Virus record (IMG/VR): IMGVR_UViG_3300028569_000022 | Location: 1 to 64,000 of that record | DNA length: 64,000 bases | DNA from: a virus | Reading direction: 5' to 3' (one strand) | Part shown: piece after piece, positions 30,383 through 40,139 of the stretch | Layout: each line of letters starts with the position of its first letter | Numbering within the stretch: position 1 is the stretch's first letter | Notes under the pieces: model-generated | Told to the model about the DNA's origin: nothing | Seen by the model: the letters and a program-made list of their open reading frames with translations, nothing else | The model's database searches: none | Position numbers and translations under genes: made by a program

Positions 30383-31003
30383 ATGGTTAAAGGAACAAAA
30401 ATAACCGAATTGATTTCTGTAGCAACTATGAATTCCACAATGGATGAATTGTTGGCAGGAAGCGACGGAAAAACTGTACTGGTTCCTATTAGTGCAATAG
30501 AAAGTGGAATAGCAAAAGTATTACAACTTGAAACTGAGCTTAAAAGCTTGTCTGCAGATATCATTCATCCAGTTAACTCTTCTACGGTTAATATGTATAT
30601 AGATTCTGCTGTGCGGGATCTATCTGCCGATTTTACTATTGTAGTAGATGAGTCTGTATTATTTCCTCAACTTCCTTTAATTTTTACGGAAAGTCTTACT
30701 GCAACAAACGGGATGCATAATAGAATGATTGTGCTTAGTTCCGACGATGACGTAACAGTAACTCTAATGCCGAATCTGTCATCTGGTTTAACGGTAAATT
30801 TTCTTCGATATGGATTTGGAGAGGTTAAATTCGTTTCAGGAGCTGGTGCTAAAGTATACACATATCCTGACAGCTCATATAACTTAATATCACACCAAAA
30901 CGCATGCGTCACAGCAATAAAAGGAACTGCTGACAAATGGAATCTGAAAGGTAGTTTGGGATCTCTAAAAGGCGGAAAATTTATTATCGAGCACAATCCG
31001 TAA
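30383..31003 (+). CDS. Small virion/fibre-associated protein
   Basis: N-terminal TKITEL motif; C-terminal G.G.V.F...Q.....L.....W.L.G.L domain, also seen in 16357..18570. Confidence 0.5.
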   Translation: MVKGTKITELISVATMNSTMDELLAGSDGKTVLVPISAIESGIAKVLQLETELKSLSADIIHPVNSSTVNMYIDSAVRDLSADFTIVVDESVLFPQLPLIFTESLTATNGMHNRMIVLSSDDDVTVTLMPNLSSGLTVNFLRYGFGEVKFVSGAGAKVYTYPDSSYNLISHQNACVTAIKGTADKWNLKGSLGSLKGGKFIIEHNP

Positions 31004-31008
31004 TACTG

Positions 31009-31323
31009 CTACTCTTTTCTGACAGCATCCGCTTCTTTTACTATGTCTGTCAACGCAGCAATATAAGGAATCAAATCTACTGCAGTATCATGTTTATATC
31101 CTCCCGCAAAGCGAGAATATTTTTGATCTATGAATGATGCAAGAGCGACTGCTTTAACCGCATTTTCAGACAATTCTTTATCGGTATATTTTTTAATAAT
31201 AGCCTTTGTGAGATGCCAACATCCATCTTGACCCCAGGTGTCCGCATACTGTGAACCCCGTTCGTGCATGGTCTTTGCTGCTTCTTTTAGAGTGGTTGAT
31301 GCTCTTTCAATAAATTCATTCAT
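31009..31323 (-). CDS. Small all-alpha protein resembling nucleotide-modification-associated / DUF6378-type domains
   Basis: ERGSQYAD...K.SR...DT.VDL..Y pattern; probable ATG at 31323. Confidence 0.45.
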   Translation of the reverse strand: MNEFIERASTTLKEAAKTMHERGSQYADTWGQDGCWHLTKAIIKKYTDKELSENAVKAVALASFIDQKYSRFAGGYKHDTAVDLIPYIAALTDIVKEADAVRKE

Positions 31324-31373
31324 ACACAAATATTATACGAACAAACAGAACCTTATCAACTACTAAAACTATA

Positions 31374-33440
31374 TTAATATTTTATGCAATACAATAAAGC
31401 AACGTTTCTAGGTCGAGCAGATCCTGTGCCGAATCCGCCAGTATGAAGCTCTATGGCTGATCCTGATGTTACGGTAGTATTTTGGTAACTATTCAAGAGA
31501 TTTGGCCAAGTGTCTCTCGCATTTACTACGTGATCAACTCCTATATCTTCACATGAATCATTCAAGTCCAGCCAGTTAGTTGATAAGTTTCCGCCAGATT
31601 TATCTACTCTGTTAATTGGAGTACAAACCGTAACAGAACTTCTATTAGGATCTACAATCACAGCAGTGCCTTTCTGCTTACTTCCAAAGGGTCTTCCCTT
31701 ATCTACTTCTCTACCATCATCCCAACCCCGAACAAATTCGCCTCTCAAATCAGGAAGTTTACCTAGCGAGCCAAAGCTTGAACCTACTGCAGCATATAGT
31801 AACTCAAAATTTGCTTTTATACCTTGAATAGTATCTTCTCCATTCGGAACAATATCACCATTACAAACTAGCCATCCGGCCGGAGCAGTTCGTCTAGCAA
31901 AAGACATTACAGCACCGACTGGAATTACATTGTTTATTGTTGTTTGAGCACTGATGGTAATATCGTCGGTTCCGTTATTAACAATAATTCCAGCTCCAGC
32001 TTTTATTTTTTTAAACTCCAATATACCGTTTGTGTTTCCCTTCAGTACTTTTCCAACACCTGTTCCGATGTTTGAATTTACTGCATTTATCAGTGCGTTT
32101 CTCGAATCGAACGTAATTGAATTTATATCGCTCGTTACATTAATAGCTGAGCCTATCGAACTGAGACTTTTAAATTGCAAGGTTCCAAGTGAAGATTTAC
32201 CTGAGTAAAGCCCGAATGTTTGACTATTTCCCAAATTTTCAACATTTATTGTTTTGTATATTACTTCATCTTTTACGGTGATGCTTAATGTTCCGTTGTC
32301 ATCATTTAACTCGATGCCGTTTCCTGCACTAAGGGTTTTAAAGTGTAGCTCGAATCCACTTTGTCCAGAGAATACTGTAGTTCCGGTTCCGACATTTATT
32401 CCGTTAAACCCAGCCATTGCTGGAATAAATGTATCAATTTTAATTCCGTCTGCTGTCTCGGTGAGCTCTACGTATTTTCCTGCAGAGAGTGTTTTAAAAT
32501 GTAATGTGTTGTCAGTTAAATTTGAAAAAACTTTTTTGCCAAATCCTATATTTTCCCCAGACAATAAATTAACAACGCTTATGTGTATATTATTTAAACG
32601 ATCTTCAATTATAACGTTTGGACTAGCTGCTGACAGCGTTTTAAATATTAAGTTGTCATTAATTTTTTCTTTGTAAATAAAAGCTCCTTCAGGATGTGCT
32701 CTAACTGCTGAGACTGAATCTGTTGCTGAAATGACTATGTCAGCGTTGCTCATACCCACAGTAATGTTCTTCCCACTTTTAATTGTTCTAAACTCGAGTG
32801 GGTGAGTACTATTGTCGAGAACAACTCCAGTCCCTGTACCTATATTTTTTCCAGAAACTGTAGACGTTATAGTAACAAAATCATCAGCAGTCAATAAACT
32901 AATTCCAGTGCCTGCAACAAGAGTTTTAAAAGGTAAGATCGTTCCTTGTTTTTCTTTAGCTAATCCCACTCCGCTTCCGACATTGGAAGTTGAATTTGCT
33001 TCTCCAAGAGCAAGTCCGCTTGAATCAAGTCCTGTTATTTTTATAACATCACCAACTGCACTAACAGATATATTTGTGCTTCCAGAAACAATTTTTCTGA
33101 ATTCTAAACCTCTGTTAGCTTTTTGTTTAAAAATGTCTGCACCATAAGCAACACCAACATTTGAAGCAGAAATTAATTCCTGTCCGGAATACGGATTGCC
33201 TGCAGATAGTGTCACTGTTCCTATTCCTGTGCTGGGATCGATCGTAAGATAATCTCCCACGACTTTAATTTTACTAACACCAAACGCGCTAAATTCTGCT
33301 ACGTTTGTTTGCAATTGCTGTAACGCAACGTTTACTGAATTTACTTCAGATGTTAACGTAACAAAGTTGCTGTTGATTGATGACAGAGAATTTCCAACAC
33401 ACTCATTTTTGTCGATTAAAAGAACATTAGCAAGAGACAT
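31374..33440 (-). CDS. Tail fibre protein with about 9 ~45-aa repeats and C-terminal tail-collar domain
   Basis: Repeats N(V/I)G.G....K....L.FKTL.AG.NI. Collar motifs PVGAVMSFA...PAGWLVCNG, LPDLRGEFVRGWDDGR and RPRNVALLYCIKY. Confidence 0.85.
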   Translation of the reverse strand: MSLANVLLIDKNECVGNSLSSINSNFVTLTSEVNSVNVALQQLQTNVAEFSAFGVSKIKVVGDYLTIDPSTGIGTVTLSAGNPYSGQELISASNVGVAYGADIFKQKANRGLEFRKIVSGSTNISVSAVGDVIKITGLDSSGLALGEANSTSNVGSGVGLAKEKQGTILPFKTLVAGTGISLLTADDFVTITSTVSGKNIGTGTGVVLDNSTHPLEFRTIKSGKNITVGMSNADIVISATDSVSAVRAHPEGAFIYKEKINDNLIFKTLSAASPNVIIEDRLNNIHISVVNLLSGENIGFGKKVFSNLTDNTLHFKTLSAGKYVELTETADGIKIDTFIPAMAGFNGINVGTGTTVFSGQSGFELHFKTLSAGNGIELNDDNGTLSITVKDEVIYKTINVENLGNSQTFGLYSGKSSLGTLQFKSLSSIGSAINVTSDINSITFDSRNALINAVNSNIGTGVGKVLKGNTNGILEFKKIKAGAGIIVNNGTDDITISAQTTINNVIPVGAVMSFARRTAPAGWLVCNGDIVPNGEDTIQGIKANFELLYAAVGSSFGSLGKLPDLRGEFVRGWDDGREVDKGRPFGSKQKGTAVIVDPNRSSVTVCTPINRVDKSGGNLSTNWLDLNDSCEDIGVDHVVNARDTWPNLLNSYQNTTVTSGSAIELHTGGFGTGSARPRNVALLYCIKY

Positions 33441-33476
33441 ATAAGCTATTTATAATAAAAGAACGTTTTTTGGTGT

Positions 33477-35129
33477 TTATCCTTTGTTGAATTCAATGAC
33501 AGCTGAACCGAAATCAGGATTAAACAAATATTCCCAGCGACAAAAATTATTTGGATTCGTTCCCCAGCACATTAATGTTTTATCTGATAAGGCAAACCCA
33601 ATATTGTCGCCTTGCATCGATCCAATTCCAAAATAACCAACCAACGTCCATTGTTTAGTGGAATTGTTTCGTCTAACCAACCATCGTTCATTCGAACCCA
33701 TTACAGCAAATGAATATGACCTCCCATCAAATAACCACACATCAACGAATGTTGTTTGCTCTGTTGCAATAATAAATGGTTTGAGGTAGCCTATTTCCTC
33801 AACATCAAACCCAACTTTGATCGAGTTAGCTACTGAGTTTGTGTTGGTTATGGCTTCATTCGGATTGAAGAACTTGCTGTTAAATGAGCACGAATTAAAG
33901 CAATTTCCTTTTGTTATAGTCTTAACGGTCGGAGTTAAGTTTTTATAACCGTGTTCTATTATTGCTTCTGTGATGACATTAGTTAACTCTTCTTTTGTAA
34001 AATTTGCTTGTACCTGTGAGATTTTAAAATTAGCGAGATCTTTAATGTTGTTCGGGCTTTCAAATTTTCCTTCATCTGTTTTAATTGAGGATAGAAATTT
34101 CCAACTCAACTCACTGTTTGTATTATCCTCTGAGTTAATAAAAAATATTGTTCCAGCTACATTGGTTTGATTGACTGAATTCAACGCGCAAACATCTTCA
34201 TAATAACGTACGGTTGGCTGATTTGGAGTTTCAGAGAAAAAGTAACTTGATTCCAAATCGTTACAGAAAACCAAATTAACAAAACGAGAATAGTTGTCGT
34301 TACTGTATCCAACAGCATTGAATACTCTATCGAGAGTAAATGGAAGTATTTGTACTTTATTCTTTAATACGTCTAAATTGCCTCCAAATAGTGGAAGCAA
34401 CGCACTAATCAAAGGGTTTGCGTCATCATCATTTAATATAGTAGAAATTTGTTGAGCTTCAGGAAGTTTTGAATCGAGCCAAATATTAATTTTAGGACTT
34501 TCCCAAGGAATAATGGGTTGGGCGTTAGATAACCGTAATCGAGGATTGTCTGATTTAATTTTAGATGCAAATTGCTTTGAAAGAGGTTCACTAATACTGT
34601 AAGTGGCTTTATTTGGATTCATAATATTTGTAGTAGTTGACACTGATATTAAGTATGTAATATTTGGATCAAGTGTTGTAAATGCACACACCTTATCATT
34701 TGGTGAATATGTGTCAAAGGTTTTGGAATCCAAACTAACTTTTTGTGCCTTTTTAATTGATGGGTAATCGGATAGGTTAATAGAGGAATTAAACGGAAAC
34801 TTAATAATGTGCCACGCTTCGGTTATATCACTACAGTCTAACGTTAATATGTCTGGTACAAAACCGTTTAATATACCATCAGTCTCTATTGTAAATTGCC
34901 TAACTGACCGAATGCAATATCCTCTACCCGGCTTAAGAGAAGTTACTGATTGTGATTCGGTTGACGCTCCATTAATATAAAAATCAATATTCGAGTTTGA
35001 TTCTTCGTTTGGAGAAAACGCTGAAATAATATCAGGAAAATTACTTAGGTGTCGTTCTGATGTTCCGTCAAATTGGAGTAAAGTAAATCTTGGGCTATTT
35101 TTTTCTCCGTTAATGTTAAAAGTTTTCAT
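33477..35129 (-). CDS. Hypothetical (probable virion) protein
   Basis: 550-aa ORF with two N-terminal repeats ending L.PG.GY.I / LDPNITYLI; TAAGTA upstream. Confidence 0.5.
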   Translation of the reverse strand: MKTFNINGEKNSPRFTLLQFDGTSERHLSNFPDIISAFSPNEESNSNIDFYINGASTESQSVTSLKPGRGYCIRSVRQFTIETDGILNGFVPDILTLDCSDITEAWHIIKFPFNSSINLSDYPSIKKAQKVSLDSKTFDTYSPNDKVCAFTTLDPNITYLISVSTTTNIMNPNKATYSISEPLSKQFASKIKSDNPRLRLSNAQPIIPWESPKINIWLDSKLPEAQQISTILNDDDANPLISALLPLFGGNLDVLKNKVQILPFTLDRVFNAVGYSNDNYSRFVNLVFCNDLESSYFFSETPNQPTVRYYEDVCALNSVNQTNVAGTIFFINSEDNTNSELSWKFLSSIKTDEGKFESPNNIKDLANFKISQVQANFTKEELTNVITEAIIEHGYKNLTPTVKTITKGNCFNSCSFNSKFFNPNEAITNTNSVANSIKVGFDVEEIGYLKPFIIATEQTTFVDVWLFDGRSYSFAVMGSNERWLVRRNNSTKQWTLVGYFGIGSMQGDNIGFALSDKTLMCWGTNPNNFCRWEYLFNPDFGSAVIEFNKG

Positions 35130-35150
35130 TCTTAATTTATAATACTTATA

Positions 35151-36248
35151 TTATTTTGCTTGCTGTTTCGACCTGAATAACGCTACAGCCGATACGTCTT
35201 TCCAATTTTGATCGTCGTTCCAAATCACAGAGTCATTCCATTTAACTTCCGCAGCAAAAATTGTTGTAGCCGTAGGAGTTGGAGTAATAGTTGGAGTTGG
35301 GTCCGGAGTGCATGTCGGAGTCGGAGTAAAGGGGAGTGTTGATGTGGGGGTTGGTGTGACGGATGGTGAGGTCGTCGGAGTAGGAAAAACCGTAGGAGTT
35401 GGAGGATTTGGGATTATTATAGCTTTAGGATCATAAATTAACTGACGAGAACTTGGTGAAATTCCTAAGACAGTCGAACCTGTAGTGAAATAATAAAACG
35501 TAAAGATATCTGTATCAACTACAGATAGTTGAACATTAGATGACACGAAAAGTTTGCTAGAAGAAGCACTAATATTGCTGTTTGGGGCAATCGACCAGTG
35601 ACAATTGTTAAAATCACACGCATCAAAATTATTTGCAAAAGTAACTCCGTCTATACCGTTAATAGTAAGAGTAAATCGCGAAACTGTAGTTGTGTCTATA
35701 ATGAAATATGTCTGATCAATTACGCTTGTATTTACTATTGAATTGTTTTTATCAATAAAAATAGTAGTAACCGGAGTTTGAATTGCTGCTGGAGTTGGGG
35801 AAGGAGGCGGTAAATAGTTCTCCGTTTTTGTCAAATCAGCCACGCCATCTACAAATCTTCCAGTTAACACATCAGATGTAGTAGTTGTAAACGGTTTATA
35901 TCCAAACACTGAGCCGATACGATCTTCGGAAAATTCTACAGCTGATCTAAAAAGACCATCTACTGAAACAATCATCGTTTTGAGTAATGCGCTTGTTTGA
36001 GCGGCCTCAGCAAAATAAAACGTATCAGAAAAGAAATTCCGCTTAAATGCTATTTTTTGATGAGCAACAAACGTAGTTTCTGGAGTCAAACCATACTTAA
36101 ACGATTGTGCTAATTGCTGAGTCAATTTTGGAAATGGAGTAGAGGTAGGAGTGGGAGTGGGCGTAGGCGTTGGTGAAGTGCGGGGAACGGGGGCTGTGTA
36201 ACGTATTCTGCCACCAAACGGATTTAAGTTACCTGCTGAACGATTCAT
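35151..36248 (-). CDS. Virion protein with Pro/Thr tracts and one copy of the ~95-aa shuffled domain
   Basis: PTPTPT tracts and FYF...VSVDGLFRSAVEFSEDRIGSVFGYKP. The probable ATG at 36248 is 5 nt after TAATTA. Confidence 0.6.
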   Translation of the reverse strand: MNRSAGNLNPFGGRIRYTAPVPRTSPTPTPTPTPTSTPFPKLTQQLAQSFKYGLTPETTFVAHQKIAFKRNFFSDTFYFAEAAQTSALLKTMIVSVDGLFRSAVEFSEDRIGSVFGYKPFTTTTSDVLTGRFVDGVADLTKTENYLPPPSPTPAAIQTPVTTIFIDKNNSIVNTSVIDQTYFIIDTTTVSRFTLTINGIDGVTFANNFDACDFNNCHWSIAPNSNISASSSKLFVSSNVQLSVVDTDIFTFYYFTTGSTVLGISPSSRQLIYDPKAIIIPNPPTPTVFPTPTTSPSVTPTPTSTLPFTPTPTCTPDPTPTITPTPTATTIFAAEVKWNDSVIWNDDQNWKDVSAVALFRSKQQAK

Positions 36249-36373
36249 GATCATAATTATCAATTAAACTTATCAAAAAGCGTAAATGAAGCGTTCGTTT
36301 AATTTTGAGATGCAATTTTTGAAAATTTTCTTGAGTATATAGTTTTTTATTTGAGTTTGATTAAATAACCTTA

Positions 36374-36910
36374 ATGAAGAATTTTGATACATTATTCGAA
36401 AAAGAGTTAGAGCGCTTTCAGCTAGGAGGAATAATTGTAGGGGATCGCATCCGCTTTACAAAAGATTGCCTCAAATTAGATTACATTAAAAGCAGAGCAG
36501 CTTCATATCAAGATATTATCAAAGCTTGCTCTGAACCCACATTTGATCTTAACTTGCGAGTTGGTGCAGTAAAAAGCGTATATCCAACAACTTCACACAA
36601 TTACACCGGAGGAGTAACTGATGCTCCTGACGGTATCTTTTTGGACATTTATATCGAATATGCTCCAGGATTATATAGAAATCCAATGACGGTGCCAATC
36701 GACGCAGTAGAAGTCATTGATGATGGAAACAATAGAGGACCAGTGCCAGATAGTCTCGTAAGAAAAAACAGAGTGCACGGACCTGAGGAAATAAAAACCA
36801 AACAATCAGACTTTGCTAATATTAATTTGCCTACAAAAAACACCACTCTCCCAAATGCAAATAAGTGGGATGACGGAAAACCAGGCGGAGGAAATTTTTT
36901 AAAGGTTTAA
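36374..36910 (+). CDS. Hypothetical late protein (possible internal head protein)
   Basis: TAAATA 6 nt upstream; N-terminus MKNFDTLFEKELE. Confidence 0.55.
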   Translation: MKNFDTLFEKELERFQLGGIIVGDRIRFTKDCLKLDYIKSRAASYQDIIKACSEPTFDLNLRVGAVKSVYPTTSHNYTGGVTDAPDGIFLDIYIEYAPGLYRNPMTVPIDAVEVIDDGNNRGPVPDSLVRKNRVHGPEEIKTKQSDFANINLPTKNTTLPNANKWDDGKPGGGNFLKV

Positions 36911-36947
36911 GTTTCCTAAAACCATACTACACTAGTATGCATGACCT

Positions 36948-37148
36948 ATGTTCAAAAATAAAATGCAAATAATCGTATATAAAATGGCTGTGGTAATATT
37001 CTATTGTATAGGGGATATTGCTTCAAAAATTAATTCTGAGTTTGCATATGAGATTTATCAGAAGTCTATGAAAGCATCTGTTAAATATGACGAGAAAATT
37101 GGTTGGTGGTTTTGGAAAGAACCTTTAAATACAAATACGACTTTATGA
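36948..37148 (+). CDS. Small hypothetical protein
   Basis: 66-aa ORF whose stop overlaps the nrdB start (ATGA). Confidence 0.5.
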   Translation: MFKNKMQIIVYKMAVVIFYCIGDIASKINSEFAYEIYQKSMKASVKYDEKIGWWFWKEPLNTNTTL

Positions 37149-38137
37149 AAAATCAAACAAGATTAAAAATATTCGATGAACAAGTTTCGCGGAAGCCGAA
37201 CTTATATCCGTGGACAGAACAGTTTATTGAAGCAATACATGCTGGATTTTGGACAGATAAAGAATTCAACTTTAAGTCTGACGTGCAAAATTTTAAAGTT
37301 AGTTTGACTGAACAAGAAAAAGAAATTGTTATAAGAACGCTTTCTGCAATAGGACAAATTGAAGTTGCGGTAAAAAGCTTTTGGGCAAATCTTGGAACTA
37401 ATCTTCCTCATCCATCTTTATCTGACCTTGGATATGTGATGGCAAATACTGAAGTAATTCACAACAATGCGTACGAGCGCTTATTAACTGTTCTTGGTCT
37501 TGAAGATATATTCGAAGAAAACCTCAAGCTAGAGTGGATTCAAGGTCGTGTAAAATATCTTAAAAAATATACTCACAAATTTTACAAAGACTCAAAGAAG
37601 CAGTACTTGTATGCCTTAATCCTATTTACTTTATTTGTAGAGAATGTGTCGTTGTTTAGTCAATTCTACGTAGTCAATTGGTTCGCTCGCTTTAAAAACG
37701 TTCTCAAAGATACTGACCAGCAAGTCAAGTATACTCGTAACGAAGAAAATTTACATGCGTTGATTGGGATGAAAATAGTCAATACAATTCGAGAAGAATA
37801 TCCAGAATTGTTTGACGAAGAGCTTGAGGAAAAGATCCGGCAAGAAGCGCAAGAGGCATACAAAGCTGAGGCAAAAATTGTAGATTGGATGGTTAATGGT
37901 GTTCAACAGGAAGGACTTACTGCTGAAATTCTTAAAGAATTTATTAAAAATCGTATTAATGAATCATTGGCTCAAATTGGATTTAAATCAGCATTTGAAG
38001 TTGACAAAGATGTATTACGGTCGACAATGTGGTTCGATGAAGAATTGCTTGGTAACAACATGTCTGACTTTTTCCACAGCCGGCCTGTAGATTACTCCAA
38101 ATCAAACCAATCATTTTCTGAAGACGATTTATTTTAA
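37145..38137 (+). CDS. nrdB: Ribonucleotide reductase class Ia beta subunit
   Basis: FW..E, QIEV, EVIH..AY radical tyrosine, ENVSLFSQF, EENLH and DFF motifs. The ATG at 37145 is preferred over 37103. Confidence 0.93.
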   Translation: MKNQTRLKIFDEQVSRKPNLYPWTEQFIEAIHAGFWTDKEFNFKSDVQNFKVSLTEQEKEIVIRTLSAIGQIEVAVKSFWANLGTNLPHPSLSDLGYVMANTEVIHNNAYERLLTVLGLEDIFEENLKLEWIQGRVKYLKKYTHKFYKDSKKQYLYALILFTLFVENVSLFSQFYVVNWFARFKNVLKDTDQQVKYTRNEENLHALIGMKIVNTIREEYPELFDEELEEKIRQEAQEAYKAEAKIVDWMVNGVQQEGLTAEILKEFIKNRINESLAQIGFKSAFEVDKDVLRSTMWFDEELLGNNMSDFFHSRPVDYSKSNQSFSEDDLF

Positions 38138-38140
38138 AAT

Positions 38141-39208
38141 ATGACAAACAAATATGAATGGCTTAACAAAGACTCGCGAAAATTTCTCGAAAGAGGATAT
38201 TTGTTAGAAGGAGAAACTGCTGAGCAACGAATTAGAGATATTGCAAATGCTGCAGAAAAATATCTTGATATTAAAGGCTTTGCTGATAAATTCGAGGGGT
38301 TCATGGAGAAAGGATTTTTTTCATTATCAAGCCCAATATGGTCAAATTTTGGACGGACTAGAGGCTTGCCTATAAGTTGTTTTGGCTCCTATATTCCTGA
38401 TACGATGGAGGGAATCATGGAAAAAGTATCAGAAACTGCTATCATGACAAAACACGGAGGCGGCACATCTGCTTATTTTGGAGATGTACGTGGAAGAGGA
38501 TCAGCAATTTCATGTGGAGGAGAATCTACGGGTTCCGTTCATTTTATGGAGCTGTATAACAAACTAATGAATGTTGTCTCTCAAGGAAATGTTCGCAGAG
38601 GTTCGTTTGCTGCATATCTTCCAATAGACCACAAAGACATTGAGGAATTTTTACAAATTCGTTCAGAGGGACATGATATTCAAGAGTTATCATTTGCGGT
38701 GACTGTTTCTGATGAATGGATGAAAGATATGGTTGCTGGTGACAAAGACAAGCGAAGAATTTGGTCTAAAGTCATTCAAAAACGCTTCGAAACTGGCTAT
38801 CCTTATATTATGTTTTCGGATACAGTTAACAACAATGCTCCTCAAGTGTATAAAGATAAAGGATTGAAGATTAATAACTCAAATCTTTGTGTAACAGGAG
38901 ATACTTTAATCACCATTCTTATTAATAATTCTGAGAAACGTCAGATACAAATCAAGGACTTGATGTTCTATATGAAGAAGTATGAGGACGTCAAAGTAAA
39001 AGGATGCGACACTACCGAAAACAAAGTAGAATTTGAAAAAATAGAAGTGTTTGCTCAGACTGGAGAATCTACTGAATTATATGAAATTGAAGACGAGCAC
39101 GGAAACGTAATTAGATGCACACCAGACCACCAACTATACACAAAGAACCGTGGTTATGTAATGGCAAAGGATCTCAAAGAAGACGACATCTTACAAAGCG
39201 AAAAATAA
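38141..39208 (+). CDS. nrdA: Ribonucleotide reductase alpha, N-terminal fragment (249 aa) fused to a split-intein N part (106 aa)
   Basis: SSPIWSNFG, LPISCF, GGGTS, QGNVRRG and GYPYI. The intein begins NSNL/CVTGDT at 38888 and has block B CTPDH. Confidence 0.93.
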   Translation: MTNKYEWLNKDSRKFLERGYLLEGETAEQRIRDIANAAEKYLDIKGFADKFEGFMEKGFFSLSSPIWSNFGRTRGLPISCFGSYIPDTMEGIMEKVSETAIMTKHGGGTSAYFGDVRGRGSAISCGGESTGSVHFMELYNKLMNVVSQGNVRRGSFAAYLPIDHKDIEEFLQIRSEGHDIQELSFAVTVSDEWMKDMVAGDKDKRRIWSKVIQKRFETGYPYIMFSDTVNNNAPQVYKDKGLKINNSNLCVTGDTLITILINNSEKRQIQIKDLMFYMKKYEDVKVKGCDTTENKVEFEKIEVFAQTGESTELYEIEDEHGNVIRCTPDHQLYTKNRGYVMAKDLKEDDILQSEK

Positions 39209-39224
39209 CATAATATTAGATAAG

Positions 39225-39261
39225 TAATTACAGAGCATAGACCATTTATGCTCTGTAATTA
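39225..39261 (+). promoter_or_regulatory. Perfect 15-bp hairpin sequestering the HNH start codon, overlapped by a late-promoter-like TAAGTA
   Basis: TAATTACAGAGCATA (39225-39239), loop GACCATT, TATGCTCTGTAATTA (39247-39261, whose last base is the A of the ATG). TAAGTA is at 39221-39226. Confidence 0.8.
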
Positions 39262-40139
39262 TGAACTACAAATTAATACATGATGAGCTAATAAATTATT
39301 GTAATGGAGTATCCCCGCAAATGAGACTAAAACATAGAAATAAAAACGACGAAAGACTCAATAGTTCTTCTTTGTATGTTGAAATTCATCATATTCTTCC
39401 ACGGTCTTTAGGAGGCACAGACGAGATTGCAAATTTAGTAGAAGTATTACCTGAAGAACATATATTTATTCACATGCTTCGATATAAATTATACAAAAAA
39501 AGAGAAGATGCATTAGCTGTACGTTTTTGTTTAAATGGAATGAAATTTAATAAACAGAAAAAGCATGGGTTATCTTCTCTTATTTTAACAAAAAAACTGC
39601 GCATGGGGTATGCATGGATTAGAGCAAATGCTCAAACTGTTAGACAAACAGAGGGCTGGCATACTCCAGACGGAATTAAAAGAATTTCTGAAGCAAGAAA
39701 AGGCAAAATACCAGTAAAAGATATAGATACTAATCAGTTTATTGGAGCTGTTTCTAACACTCATCCCAACGTAATTTCAGGTAAGTGGGTGCACCACACC
39801 AAAGGTAGACGTATATCCGAAGCTGAAAGACAAAAAAGAAAAAACATCGGAAAGGGTCAGAGCAATAATAATGCCTCAGGACTTTCGGAAGAGTACTTTA
39901 TCCAAAAGGGTCTAGAAGCATTCAATGAGTTTGGAATAATATTAACATGGAAAGCAATGTTAATATTGTCTCAAAAAAGAGGCTTTCCGTGGATAAAAAG
40001 CACAAAAAGTAGGTTTAACGGTAAAAGCATTAGAGGTTATTATTCAATTTTAGAAGAAAAGACAGGAACAAAATTTAATTCTTTTGCTGCTAGATCTTTA
40101 TCAAAAACCAAGTTAAAATTAAAAGAAATTTATGATTAA
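39261..40139 (+). mobile_element. Free-standing HNH homing endonuclease (MobE-like) between the nrdA halves
   Basis: YVEIHHILPRSLGGTDEIANLVEVLPEEHIFIH HNH motif and NUMOD3-like HTPDGIKRISEARKGK. Confidence 0.88.

Noticed and set aside
39209-40131. Group I intron interrupting nrdA
   Set aside because: Only 52 nt of non-coding sequence is present, too little for a ribozyme core. Both halves carry clear intein motifs.
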